Below are positions 8,110 to 17,290 of a stretch of 64,000 nt of DNA, in pieces. The DNA is taken from positions 4,123 to 68,122 of IMG/VR virus record IMGVR_UViG_3300047455_000060, one strand, 5' to 3'. This stretch comes from a virus. The notes under the pieces were generated by a model. That model was not told the origin of the DNA. It was given only the letters and a program-made list of their open reading frames with translations, and did no database searches. Position numbers and translations under genes: made by a program. Numbering within the stretch: the stretch's first letter is position 1; each line of letters starts with the position of its first letter.

Positions 8110-9655
8110 TTTCTAGATCCTCCAATTTGTGTTCTTGGTCTTCAGTAAATTCACCATCTTCTAGTTCTTCTACTTCTGGTTCAACAACGTCAAACAGTGC
8201 TCCAAAGTACGTACTAGAGTTTACAGTTTTTTTGCCAATGGCTCCGCGAGTGCCCGGAATTGACATCCAAAACTTAGAGTGTTTTTCGATTAAATCGTTT
8301 GCTTCGTCTCTTGTTTTTGCTGAAAATATTTCTTCAACAACATCTCGAAAAAAGACCCTGTCAAACCGCTCTTGTACAAGCATAGCTGGTACAATTCCTG
8401 CGTCATATTGTCTGTTGGCTTCTTGAACTGCATTAATGTGACTCCATACGTTATGGCCCATTTGAATAGCATAGCTGAAACTATCCCAGCTAGTCTTTCC
8501 TTCTTTGCCTATCTTATTTAAGTCTCCCGGCGCATAAACACATACATCACTGACTTTCATTTCTGCTGTAATAGGCGAGTCTTCAAAGTTTTTAAAGATA
8601 CCATCTTGTAATACTGCTTGTCTAAAAGTTCTAGTATCAGTCGAATACTTCTTGTCATCTATGCTTGGAACCATTCGATATGTAAACTTACCACGATCGG
8701 GCGTTTCGTTTTGAATGTAAATCTGTCCATTAGCAGTTGCTAGGAACGGACTTGCACAGTCAAATGTAAGCATCATAGTAGGGTTATAGTACTTGCGAAT
8801 AGCTCGTTGTAGGTCTGTTAACAAACAAGCCCACTCTAGCTTACTAGTACCCAAGAAGTGCATTACATCGTGTACACCGCTTTGTAGCAAGCCGTCATAG
8901 TGTAGTGATACAATACGCTTGAGCACTAAGTGTACGTCACACATATTCTGACCACCCATTGACCACCCATTAAAGTGATTGTCAGGATATAGATTAGGGT
9001 CGCAGTAGTCTTTCATCTGCTGATACCAATCTTCTGCGTCAGCGTGATTTTCACCTTGTAGAACGTTTAAGAACTTACAAGCACCTGTGCGATGCTTCAT
9101 CCAGTAGTCATTGTTAATGCGTGTCGCTTTAACTGCTTCATCGTATGTGCTAATGCCAGTTGCTTTCGCACCTTCAGGTGAACGAGCTACCCAGGCCGGA
9201 ATATCAAGAATCATTCCATAGTCCATATACGCATCCATCCAACGCAAAACGCCATCACGTTTCTTTTGCGCCTTAGGACAGTTAGGATCTTTCCAATCAC
9301 CTTCCCAAACACCCTTACCAATCTGGAAGCCTCCGCTATCGCCAAGCAACCAAGTGTTTTGTCTGTCTCTATTTCTTACCATGTCTTCTTTAGGTACAAT
9401 TTTAGTTGTATCTAAATCAGCATGTCCTGCAGAGTAAAGCGTCCACTTGTACGTGAATGCTCCTTCTTGCGCATTAAGATAATTAAGACTTTCTACACCA
9501 TTAGCAAAGTTAGCTGGGATACGAGCCGCTTCGATGTAAGGACCTTTGACAGGATCAGGAAAACGCTGCTTGCCTACATAAGTAGCATAGAAACCGCTTA
9601 GTGCAGGTAAGAAGTGTGCGTAATCGTTTTGTGATGCTGTTAGGTCTTTATTCAT
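8096..9655 (-). CDS. dpdA: TGT-fold DNA 7-deazaguanine transglycosylase (DpdA family)
   Basis: LGDSGGFQ, MILDIP, NVLQG, MHFLG, TFDCASP and a late HN motif; folE/queE context. Confidence 0.8.
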   Translation of the reverse strand: MNKDLTASQNDYAHFLPALSGFYATYVGKQRFPDPVKGPYIEAARIPANFANGVESLNYLNAQEGAFTYKWTLYSAGHADLDTTKIVPKEDMVRNRDRQNTWLLGDSGGFQIGKGVWEGDWKDPNCPKAQKKRDGVLRWMDAYMDYGMILDIPAWVARSPEGAKATGISTYDEAVKATRINNDYWMKHRTGACKFLNVLQGENHADAEDWYQQMKDYCDPNLYPDNHFNGWSMGGQNMCDVHLVLKRIVSLHYDGLLQSGVHDVMHFLGTSKLEWACLLTDLQRAIRKYYNPTMMLTFDCASPFLATANGQIYIQNETPDRGKFTYRMVPSIDDKKYSTDTRTFRQAVLQDGIFKNFEDSPITAEMKVSDVCVYAPGDLNKIGKEGKTSWDSFSYAIQMGHNVWSHINAVQEANRQYDAGIVPAMLVQERFDRVFFRDVVEEIFSAKTRDEANDLIEKHSKFWMSIPGTRGAIGKKTVNSSTYFGALFDVVEPEVEELEDGEFTEDQEHKLEDLENEQL

Positions 9656-9656
9656 A

Positions 9657-10385
9657 TTACTTGCTCTGCGCTGGTAAGATGTAATCGTATTTTACCATGC
9701 CGCTGTCAATGCTAATTTGCATTGCACCTTGATCTGAGATGCTCATAGTAGCGTCACCGTCTAAGTTCAAAATAGCTTGTACTTGTGCAACAGGCCAACT
9801 CCAAGTGTGTGTAAGTGTGCCGTCAACACCATGCTGGAAAACAAACTCACCTGCGTGTGTACTTGCATCACCGAAACTAAACACAAGATTACCGTCTTTA
9901 GTTTTAACATTGAATGTTGGCTCTTCGCTATGTGCAGCACTCATCAGTTTCATACGTGCAATTGATGCCATGCTTGGTTGAAAAGTAACAGACCATGTAG
10001 CACCTTTAAACTTAACAGTCTTCAACTTTTCTTCAATGATTGCTTTGTTCATAAAGCGATAATCGTTCTCAAAGTCGCCTGCTGCATTTTCAAAGTGAAT
10101 GTGTGTTGGAATAGTCTCGCCATTCCGTTCTGCCTGTACAACATCAATCTTTGCATTGTCTTTGTATTCAGGATTTTTTAAGTGCAACGCAAGTTTGTCT
10201 AGGTTAGGCATACCAAACGTACCTACGAATTCGCTAACAGCATTATGTGTATTTGCATTCATAATAACTGAGCGGTCCTCGGCCATTGCATCAATTGTAG
10301 TGCTACCGTCGTTCGTTACTTTTACTAAGCTAAGAAAGCCTAGTGCATGTGTATGAGCGACTACGTCTTGTAAGATGTCTTTCAT
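9657..10385 (-). CDS. putative DNA polymerase sliding clamp (gp45/PCNA-like)
   Basis: 242 aa with an alternating beta/alpha pattern ending YDYILPA; PolB and a clamp loader are in the window. Confidence 0.55.
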   Translation of the reverse strand: MKDILQDVVAHTHALGFLSLVKVTNDGSTTIDAMAEDRSVIMNANTHNAVSEFVGTFGMPNLDKLALHLKNPEYKDNAKIDVVQAERNGETIPTHIHFENAAGDFENDYRFMNKAIIEEKLKTVKFKGATWSVTFQPSMASIARMKLMSAAHSEEPTFNVKTKDGNLVFSFGDASTHAGEFVFQHGVDGTLTHTWSWPVAQVQAILNLDGDATMSISDQGAMQISIDSGMVKYDYILPAQSK

Positions 10386-11170
10386 TATATTGTTTCTCCG
10401 TTGAATAAGTTTATTATATTGTCTAAGTTGTTGTTTGTCAAGAACTTTTCTACAGTATATTTAGGTTTAAATCCAAGTGCCTTCATTTTTTCTGTGTTAG
10501 CACAAGTCCATTCTCGCTCTCCAGGGGTATTTAGACGAACCGGAAGATCCGGAACTAAGTCTTGGATCCTGACAGGATTCCCCGTACCAATATCGACTAC
10601 ACCTCTAACGTGTGTAGCCTTTATTAATATTTCAATTGCATCTAGTACATCTTCCAGATGAATGAAATCTCTATGGTGTCTAGTAGCATATTCTAATGTA
10701 CCATTGCGTAGTTTGTTAAAGAACATATTTTCTCTAGGGCAACTATCCGAGTATACTGTATGAAAACGCATACCTACATGATCCGTACCGTAGCGTTCAG
10801 CAAGCTCTTCCATAATGAACTTAGACGCCGCATAAGGGTTCAAATCGGGCTCGTATGCGCTCGAACTGCTCGCATATAGTATACGTGTATTAGGATAGCG
10901 TTCAAACAGTCTACGGGTTACTTCTACATTGTTATTCCAATAACCTGCTGGATCATTTAGACTTTCACGTACACCTGATTTGCCTGCTAAGTGTATAATT
11001 AAATCAAATTCTTCTTTAAAATCACAATGTAACAAATCTTGTGAATTGTTTAATTGGTCTCTATCCCAACCGTCTTTTAAATCAATACCAATTACTTGAT
11101 TATTCTTTTGCAATCGTTTTAATAGGGCTGAGCCTATAAAGCCTCTATGCCCTGTTAATAAAATTTTCAT
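10385..11170 (-). CDS. NAD-dependent epimerase/dehydratase
   Basis: TGHRGFIG Rossmann motif, ASSSS, YAASK, RDFIH. Confidence 0.9.
   Translation of the reverse strand: MKILLTGHRGFIGSALLKRLQKNNQVIGIDLKDGWDRDQLNNSQDLLHCDFKEEFDLIIHLAGKSGVRESLNDPAGYWNNNVEVTRRLFERYPNTRILYASSSSAYEPDLNPYAASKFIMEELAERYGTDHVGMRFHTVYSDSCPRENMFFNKLRNGTLEYATRHHRDFIHLEDVLDAIEILIKATHVRGVVDIGTGNPVRIQDLVPDLPVRLNTPGEREWTCANTEKMKALGFKPKYTVEKFLTNNNLDNIINLFNGETI
10413..10441 (-). promoter_or_regulatory. consensus sigma70 promoter driving the clamp-dpdA operon
   Basis: Perfect TTGACA-17-TATAAT inside the 3' end of the epimerase gene. Confidence 0.85.
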
Positions 11171-11874
11171 GCTGCTATTCCTTGTTCTTGGAATATTTGC
11201 AAATACTCCATTGTGTTCTTCCAGTTATCAACTTTTCTAAAATGTTTTACTACATTTGCTATAGGAAGATCATTACCGCCTTCATAGATAGCATCACCAA
11301 AGAACCAAGTAGTATCTTCTTTGTCAAAGTCTTTTATGATTTGACTCTTGTCAAAACCTTTAGGGCTAATATCAATACCTGTTTCGCCGCCAACTTTTGC
11401 TTCTAAGTCAGGAAACATTGTATTAAATGCAGATGCAATTATATTACGTTCATCGGAAAGCTCGTCGTGAACAACATAATCTTCTCGTTCTTCTTTGTTA
11501 GCATTGCGACCTACTATACTGAAGTTTATCATCCCTGGACGATGTTCAAAATGTAACCCTGTACGTACTCTATATGTACTTGAAGTTAGTTGAACAGATA
11601 GCCATTCGTGTGCATCTTCAGGAATGATCCAGTTATTAGTTCGAAGGTTTACATCCCTTTCCCAAACATCATTTCCGTTGCATTGATAAACACGTTTACA
11701 TAAGTTGTAGGTCGGCTCACTAATCTGTTTAACAGTCTTTGCTTTGTCACTACCTGTAACTAGATAAACGTCATTCATTAAACAAAAAGAATTAAAGAAT
11801 GCTTTAAAGTTAGGATCAATTATACCCCTGCTAGGAGTTAGTGTACCGTCTACATCAAATATAAATTTATTCAT
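11167..11874 (-). CDS. HAD-IIB phosphomannomutase-like protein (eukaryote-type PMM family)
   Basis: FDVDGTLT, VTGSD, GMINFSIVGR, GGETGIDI, FFGD..GGND. Confidence 0.85.
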   Translation of the reverse strand: MNKFIFDVDGTLTPSRGIIDPNFKAFFNSFCLMNDVYLVTGSDKAKTVKQISEPTYNLCKRVYQCNGNDVWERDVNLRTNNWIIPEDAHEWLSVQLTSSTYRVRTGLHFEHRPGMINFSIVGRNANKEEREDYVVHDELSDERNIIASAFNTMFPDLEAKVGGETGIDISPKGFDKSQIIKDFDKEDTTWFFGDAIYEGGNDLPIANVVKHFRKVDNWKNTMEYLQIFQEQGIAA

Positions 11875-12040
11875 CTGTTCCTTCGCACCATGCTGTTTCG
11901 CCTTGTGTAAATTCTGAAGTTACTTTATACCATTCAGCAAAACACTCTTGTTTAGTTTCGTAACGTCCGTATTCGGTTACACGAGGTTCTATAGTATCAT
12001 CTGTTGCAAATACCATGCTAACAATAAGCAGTGTCCACAT
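11867..12040 (-). CDS. small secreted/membrane hypothetical protein
   Basis: MWTLLIVS hydrophobic start with GGAG SD. Confidence 0.55.
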   Translation of the reverse strand: MWTLLIVSMVFATDDTIEPRVTEYGRYETKQECFAEWYKVTSEFTQGETAWCEGTDE

Positions 12041-12180
12041 TAGGAATTCTCCTTGATCCACGTACATTCTGAAACGTCTTCAGGCGTATCGTACATTCGT
12101 TTACACTGTTCGTAAGGATGAAAGTACATTGCTACTGCCCATCCTGCGATAAATGCTATTGCTAGATAAAAATATTTCAT
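12040..12180 (-). CDS. small membrane protein (46 aa)
   Basis: Manual ORF MKYFYLAIAFIAGWAVAMYF... Confidence 0.55.
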   Translation of the reverse strand: MKYFYLAIAFIAGWAVAMYFHPYEQCKRMYDTPEDVSECTWIKENS

Positions 12181-12181
12181 C

Positions 12182-12361
12182 TCAACGTTCCACTAATGGT
12201 GTTGAACTTTGGCTGTCGTGGTAATCACCACTTGCGTAATAATCGCGCACTGCACTTTCTTTAATCATCATACCGTTCTTCATACGATAGGATACAATCT
12301 CACGACGAACTACGCCGTCTGTATCTGCATCAAATGCGTTTTTAAATGGACCTTCAGTCAT
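12182..12361 (-). CDS. small hypothetical protein (59 aa)
   Basis: Manual ORF MTEGPFKNAFDADTDGVVRREIV..., fills the operon gap. Confidence 0.6.
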   Translation of the reverse strand: MTEGPFKNAFDADTDGVVRREIVSYRMKNGMMIKESAVRDYYASGDYHDSQSSTPLVER

Positions 12362-12773
12362 TGCTTTGCCTTTCTGCTACACGCTTTCTCAAATCACTTG
12401 AGCTAAAGCGATGGTCTCTCTTGTTGAAGTATAGATCAATGTCACGTTTGCGGCAAATGTCTTTGCCTGTGAACTCTTTGTCTCTATACTCCTCTCCTAA
12501 TATTCTAACATCAATATGATACATTGTCAAGATATCTTCTAGATCTTTTTCGGTACCATACGGAATTATTTCGTCTACGTATCCAACTGCTTTGAGTTGT
12601 GTGTAACGCTCCACAACAGTTTGTATAGGAGCGTTCTTTTCTGCACGATCAACGCTAGGATCTACTTGTAATGCGCAGATCAAATAATCACATTGTTCTT
12701 TTGCTTCACGTAACATTTGTACATGTCCAGCATGTAATAAATCAAATGTGCTACAAGTAAATCCTACTTTCAT
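12354..12773 (-). CDS. glycerol-3-phosphate cytidylyltransferase-like (TagD family)
   Basis: FDLLHAGH HxGH motif, ER...VDEI, FSSSDLR. Confidence 0.9.
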   Translation of the reverse strand: MKVGFTCSTFDLLHAGHVQMLREAKEQCDYLICALQVDPSVDRAEKNAPIQTVVERYTQLKAVGYVDEIIPYGTEKDLEDILTMYHIDVRILGEEYRDKEFTGKDICRKRDIDLYFNKRDHRFSSSDLRKRVAERQSND

Positions 12774-12880
12774 TCCTGCATCCTCGCTGCTAACTCTTTC
12801 AACATTTCAATCAACTCTTCAATAGTATTTAGATCGTGTTCGTTCTGTGTGTCAATTTCTACTTCTACTTTTATTTTCAT
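12770..12880 (-). CDS. small hypothetical protein (36 aa)
   Basis: Manual ORF MKIKVEVEIDTQNEHDL... Confidence 0.5.
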   Translation of the reverse strand: MKIKVEVEIDTQNEHDLNTIEELIEMLKELAARMQE

Positions 12881-12885
12881 ACATT

Positions 12886-15558
12886 TTAGTCTCCGAAGTC
12901 AAACAAGCTATTAAAAGTATTGTGCCGTTTTGTATCCTCTAACGGATAGTTCAACACACCAATCAAGTTGTCTAACTTATTATCAATAATTGTTTCTGCC
13001 ATTGCTGAATCATCAAACGGAAGTTCTTTGAACCAATCGGGCATACGCAATTCGTCTGTTGGATACGCAACACTTGTGTATCCTAGTGGGTTCTGCTTGA
13101 GCTTACAAACGATAACTTTCATACCGTCTACAATCTCTTGCGAATATTTGTCACCGTTCATACGCTTGAGTGTATTCCAGTTAATACTTGCTCGAACGTG
13201 TCCAGGCATGTTTGCTTTACCCTGCTTCTGCTCAAGACGCTGATAGTGTCCAATCTTGTTTGCACGTTTAGGTGAACCCTTCTCCCAACCCGGACGCTCA
13301 CTAAATTCCTTACGGAATTGTGTAATACGCTCTAACACTTCCTCCTGAGGTTTATCAGTAAGTACCATAAGCAAAATTTCACTTAGAAATTCCTGCATAA
13401 ACACAGGAGTATCTGAACGGCGCAAGTCTAAGCCCATAGCTTTAACTTTACCTGGCTTACCGTCTACATCTGTTCTAAAGCCTTCGTTATCAATTACTAG
13501 TGCCGCATAACGCTTCTTGGTAATATACAAGCCTGATTGTGCAACAATCTCTCGACCTGCTGCAATAACGTCTGCACGACTCTTCGGACAATGAAATGCT
13601 CGACCCATCATGTCAACAAATGTTGCATCTACTGCTTCTGATACTTGATCATAAAGGGTAATTGCTTTTTCAGTCGACCAAGGAATAGTTCCTGCTTCAA
13701 TTTCTTTATGTAAAGTAGGCCACGCACTAAAGTATACAGAGTCAGTATCACCGTAAATAACTGCTTCACCAACGTGATCGTATACTCCAGTAATAACTTT
13801 GTTTGCTTCTGCACTCATGTGTTTAACAATCGTACGACCAGTAAGAGTGGTAGACTGACCAATACGCTTATCGAAAAATCTACAACCAGGGTTAAGAATA
13901 GCACCATATAATGAGTTCAAGTTAATTTTCTTTACAAGCTGACGTTTGTCCCAATATTCAATTTCAGCTGCATTGCCTGCGTCTTTTGCTTTTTTAAGCA
14001 TCTTCTGCAAGTCTTTACGTTCACTGTACCAACGTTTAAGAATACCAGGAATAACACCTTCAAACTCTGTTGTAAAGATTGTACCGTTTGCACTAAGCAT
14101 CCAAGGTTGATTACTATCAAAGATTAGTTTATAAATCTCTGCACCTGAAAGTACATCAGATTTACCATCTTCCCAGTCAATAGTTAGTGCAATATCTTTT
14201 CGTTGATCCATAACGGCTTCGTATTCTTCTGTACTAAAGCGTCCTTCCCAACTACCTGCAAACGTTTTCTTCTTTAGTGTCATATCCTCATGTACACGAG
14301 CATCACTAATCTCAGGACGAATTTGACCTATAACAGTCTCTGGCGCCATATTCAACGCACGAATCACTGAAGGATACAGTGAGTTCAAATCCATTGATGC
14401 AATCCATTTGTGCAAGCCCTTTTTAGGGAACGCAACATACGCTCCTGCCGCTTGTGTATTTTCTTCGTCGTCTCTACCCTTGCGGTTAGGAACTTGCAAG
14501 CCTCTGTGATGTGCTTCATTAACAATAGCTTGCTCAGTAACTGCAACAGCACCCATTGTTGTTTGTAGCAGTACAGTATTAGCGTGTGCAAGTTCGTTGC
14601 TCAAGTCAATAAATCGTAGCTTTTTGTCTAGTTTGTCTAGTAGCGCAGTATCTTGAATGTTATATTCAATAAACTTGCGGAAGTCATTGTTATATAATTG
14701 ATCCAACGTACCTTCATACGGTACTTTGTTTTCACCTACTTCGATTTCACCAATAGCATCTAGTCGATATGTGTGACGTTCTTCATAAGTGTACTTACGA
14801 TACAAGTTCAAACTATCCAAGTGTACACGACCAACTAGATCAAATGTTTCACTTTCCTTACCAAACTTTTCGTACATACGTTTCTTAGGCATCTGCCCCC
14901 ATAAACAAAAACGTCTTGTGTCATCTTTGCTTAATATACGAGCAGTTCTATTAACAGTGTACGGAATATCATATCCTTCACTGTTCCAGCCACTAAGTAC
15001 ATCACTATCTTCAATCAATGTTAAGAAAGTATCAATCATCTCGCTTTCTTTTTCAAAAAGCATTACGTTGTCAATACCTTCAAGTGTTTTCTTTGCTTCA
15101 TCCATAGTAAGCGTCTTAGGAGGAACTGCAAGACACACCATTGTTTCTAACCACTGCAAATACACAGATATAGATGTAATGGGCATAAATGGATCACTAG
15201 GATCAGCAAAGCCTCGTTCCGGATCAAAGTCCGTCTCAATATCGAAAAATGCAATGTTTAGTTTAGGTGCATCTTGGTTAAGATAGTTTTCACTTAAACA
15301 TTGAAAAATAGGATTAATGTCGCTTTCAAAAAGCTGTTTATCTCTATTAATAGCAACTTCTTTACGAAAGTCTTTTGTGTTCTTGCACACAATTCGTGTT
15401 AAAGGATCGCCGTAAACACTCTTATACTTACCTTTAGGGTCTTTATAGTAAAATGTATATTTGGATTGATATTCACGGAATGTGCGTTTTCCGTCTTTGC
15501 GTTCGACTACGCGAATAATATCTTGATCGCGATCGAACAGTGCGTCTACGTAACTCAT
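12886..15558 (-). CDS. family B DNA polymerase with 3'-5' exonuclease
   Basis: FFDIETD (ExoI), YNIQD (ExoIII), DLNSLYPS, KINLNSLYG, YGDTDS, KKRY. Confidence 0.97.
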   Translation of the reverse strand: MSYVDALFDRDQDIIRVVERKDGKRTFREYQSKYTFYYKDPKGKYKSVYGDPLTRIVCKNTKDFRKEVAINRDKQLFESDINPIFQCLSENYLNQDAPKLNIAFFDIETDFDPERGFADPSDPFMPITSISVYLQWLETMVCLAVPPKTLTMDEAKKTLEGIDNVMLFEKESEMIDTFLTLIEDSDVLSGWNSEGYDIPYTVNRTARILSKDDTRRFCLWGQMPKKRMYEKFGKESETFDLVGRVHLDSLNLYRKYTYEERHTYRLDAIGEIEVGENKVPYEGTLDQLYNNDFRKFIEYNIQDTALLDKLDKKLRFIDLSNELAHANTVLLQTTMGAVAVTEQAIVNEAHHRGLQVPNRKGRDDEENTQAAGAYVAFPKKGLHKWIASMDLNSLYPSVIRALNMAPETVIGQIRPEISDARVHEDMTLKKKTFAGSWEGRFSTEEYEAVMDQRKDIALTIDWEDGKSDVLSGAEIYKLIFDSNQPWMLSANGTIFTTEFEGVIPGILKRWYSERKDLQKMLKKAKDAGNAAEIEYWDKRQLVKKINLNSLYGAILNPGCRFFDKRIGQSTTLTGRTIVKHMSAEANKVITGVYDHVGEAVIYGDTDSVYFSAWPTLHKEIEAGTIPWSTEKAITLYDQVSEAVDATFVDMMGRAFHCPKSRADVIAAGREIVAQSGLYITKKRYAALVIDNEGFRTDVDGKPGKVKAMGLDLRRSDTPVFMQEFLSEILLMVLTDKPQEEVLERITQFRKEFSERPGWEKGSPKRANKIGHYQRLEQKQGKANMPGHVRASINWNTLKRMNGDKYSQEIVDGMKVIVCKLKQNPLGYTSVAYPTDELRMPDWFKELPFDDSAMAETIIDNKLDNLIGVLNYPLEDTKRHNTFNSLFDFGD

Positions 15559-15622
15559 TTAATCTCCTTGTTGCTTCTGGCCAACTAACCGTCTACATAC
15601 CACTAGGGCGTATATAATATAT

Positions 15623-15651
15623 ATTATATGACAAATTCTTGTATTAGTCAA
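15623..15651 (-). promoter_or_regulatory. sigma70-type promoter for PolB
   Basis: TTGACT-17-TATAAT. Confidence 0.8.
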
Positions 15652-15662
15652 CTACTATTTTC

Positions 15663-16391
15663 TTATAGTAAGTTGTTTTTGATGACATTCATAATTCGTT
15701 TATTATATTTTGCTTGAACAAATGCATTGTAACTATCTATTAGTTTAGTAGGTACATAAGGATTTTTAGTGTTAAACTTAAACGTAAGAATGTCTTTCAT
15801 AATATTATTTGTATGAAATTCTCTTGCATCAAATCTAACTAACTTTATTTTCTCGTCTGTATTAAATTTATAATAACAGATTGCTTCATCCATTTTAATA
15901 TCAACAACATTATTATGTTTTTTCAACTTAAACGTAGGTTTTACAGGCCTAAACCATTTGTTAATATTATAAGTAGCACTAATGCCAATAGTTCCATTTG
16001 AAAAGTCTGTTTCCTCGTAATATGGAGGTAACTGTGACATTGTTAAATCTTCGTCACAATAGAACAAATATGTAGGAGCAGCCAATTGAATAATTCTTTC
16101 TGGGCCCATCACTCCGACTAGTTGTTGTAAAAAACTTTGATCTTGCGGATACTTACTAACACAACTATTATAATTGTCTTCAAAAGAATATGTAAGATGC
16201 AAGTCTAACGGCGACTTAATTTTATATGTATTTCTACATTCGTTTACAATAGCAGGACATCTACCAGCCTCTTGACCAAAGTATTCTGCAGGAACTATAT
16301 TTTTTAATAAACTTTCAGGTTCTTTATAACGTAGTTCACTAATTGTAAACTCATCTTGTACCGGAAACGTTGCCCAATATACTGTCTTCAT
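15663..16391 (-). CDS. hypothetical protein
   Basis: 242 aa ORF, AT-rich. Confidence 0.7.
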   Translation of the reverse strand: MKTVYWATFPVQDEFTISELRYKEPESLLKNIVPAEYFGQEAGRCPAIVNECRNTYKIKSPLDLHLTYSFEDNYNSCVSKYPQDQSFLQQLVGVMGPERIIQLAAPTYLFYCDEDLTMSQLPPYYEETDFSNGTIGISATYNINKWFRPVKPTFKLKKHNNVVDIKMDEAICYYKFNTDEKIKLVRFDAREFHTNNIMKDILTFKFNTKNPYVPTKLIDSYNAFVQAKYNKRIMNVIKNNLL

Positions 16392-16673
16392 TTACCACCA
16401 TCCTGTTGCTACACCAAAACCAAACACATTAACAAATGCAAAATAACCTGTTAGCATCATTGGCCAAGCAAGTTTACGTCTGTAATATGCATAAACTGCT
16501 GTTAGCGAACCAATAAAAAATCCTGGATATACAATACGCATATCAGGTGCGTTTGCTGTAAGTGCTAGAGTTAAACTAGCACCCACAGTAAACACAAAAC
16601 TCACAAGTTCAAAAATAAATGCTATACGATCAGTTTTCCAACTATGTAACCAAAACTCTTTAATTTTATTCAA
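16392..16673 (-). CDS. small 3-TM membrane protein (paralog of next gene)
   Basis: Probable TTG start at 16673 overlapping the upstream TGA; three hydrophobic segments. Confidence 0.7.
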   Translation of the reverse strand: MNKIKEFWLHSWKTDRIAFIFELVSFVFTVGASLTLALTANAPDMRIVYPGFFIGSLTAVYAYYRRKLAWPMMLTGYFAFVNVFGFGVATGWW

Positions 16674-16963
16674 TTGAAAAATCCCATTGCTAGTATCCAA
16701 CCTGTTACGTGAAGGAATGCAAAGTATGTTGTCATTACTAGTGGCCAACCTGCACCTCTACGTACAAACGCTAAAATACTAAACACTGCTCCTACGAAGC
16801 TAACTGGATAGATAAATCTAAAATCTGGACCAGGTTGTGCTACAGCAATCCAGGTCATTGAAATGAATACACACGCACTAGCGATTGTTTCAAAGTAGAA
16901 TGCTCTACGATCGCTAGTGTAACTGCGCACCCAAAAGTCTTTAACTTTTTGCCATAGGCTCAT
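16670..16963 (-). CDS. small 3-TM membrane protein
   Basis: KDFWVRSYTSDRRAFYFE aligns with KEFWLHSWKTDRIAFIFE of the neighbour. Confidence 0.75.
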   Translation of the reverse strand: MSLWQKVKDFWVRSYTSDRRAFYFETIASACVFISMTWIAVAQPGPDFRFIYPVSFVGAVFSILAFVRRGAGWPLVMTTYFAFLHVTGWILAMGFFN

Positions 16964-17220
16964 TTATCATATCCTAACGTAGCAACAAGAGTTTCAAGAT
17001 CTTCATGATAGTCAGCATGTTTATCCCAATCACGATTCTTAGCAATCTTAATAGCTTTGTTAATTAGTGCTGGTTTGATGTCTAGTTCTTCTGCTACTGC
17101 TTTAACTGTTTCTTTAAGACCTTCATTAAGATCTTCAACTTCTTGCAGCACTGTTACACCTTCTTTAACGAGGCGTTCAAGTTTTGCCTTTTCTTCTGCA
17201 CCATAGGTACGATCACTCAT
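16960..17220 (-). CDS. T4 DsbA / GapR-like dsDNA-binding protein
   Basis: 86 aa; KLERLVKE...EDLNEGLKETVKAVAEELDIKPALINKAIKI pattern. Confidence 0.6.
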   Translation of the reverse strand: MSDRTYGAEEKAKLERLVKEGVTVLQEVEDLNEGLKETVKAVAEELDIKPALINKAIKIAKNRDWDKHADYHEDLETLVATLGYDK

Positions 17221-17247
17221 AGGTTTCTCCTGTTGTTAATATGTTAT

Positions 17248-17276
17248 AGTATATATGATTAGTTGGAGTTTGTCAA
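17248..17276 (-). promoter_or_regulatory. sigma70-type promoter
   Basis: TTGACA-17-TATACT. Confidence 0.8.
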
Positions 17277-17290
17277 CGACTAAACGACTT

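Noticed and set aside
8096-9655. Canonical tRNA-guanine transglycosylase (tgt)
   Set aside because: Lacks the CxCxxC zinc motif of bacterial Tgt, is longer, and is coupled to replication genes; DpdA-like is preferred
12886-15558. Intein or intron in PolB
   Set aside because: At 890 aa with contiguous motifs, no insertion is evident
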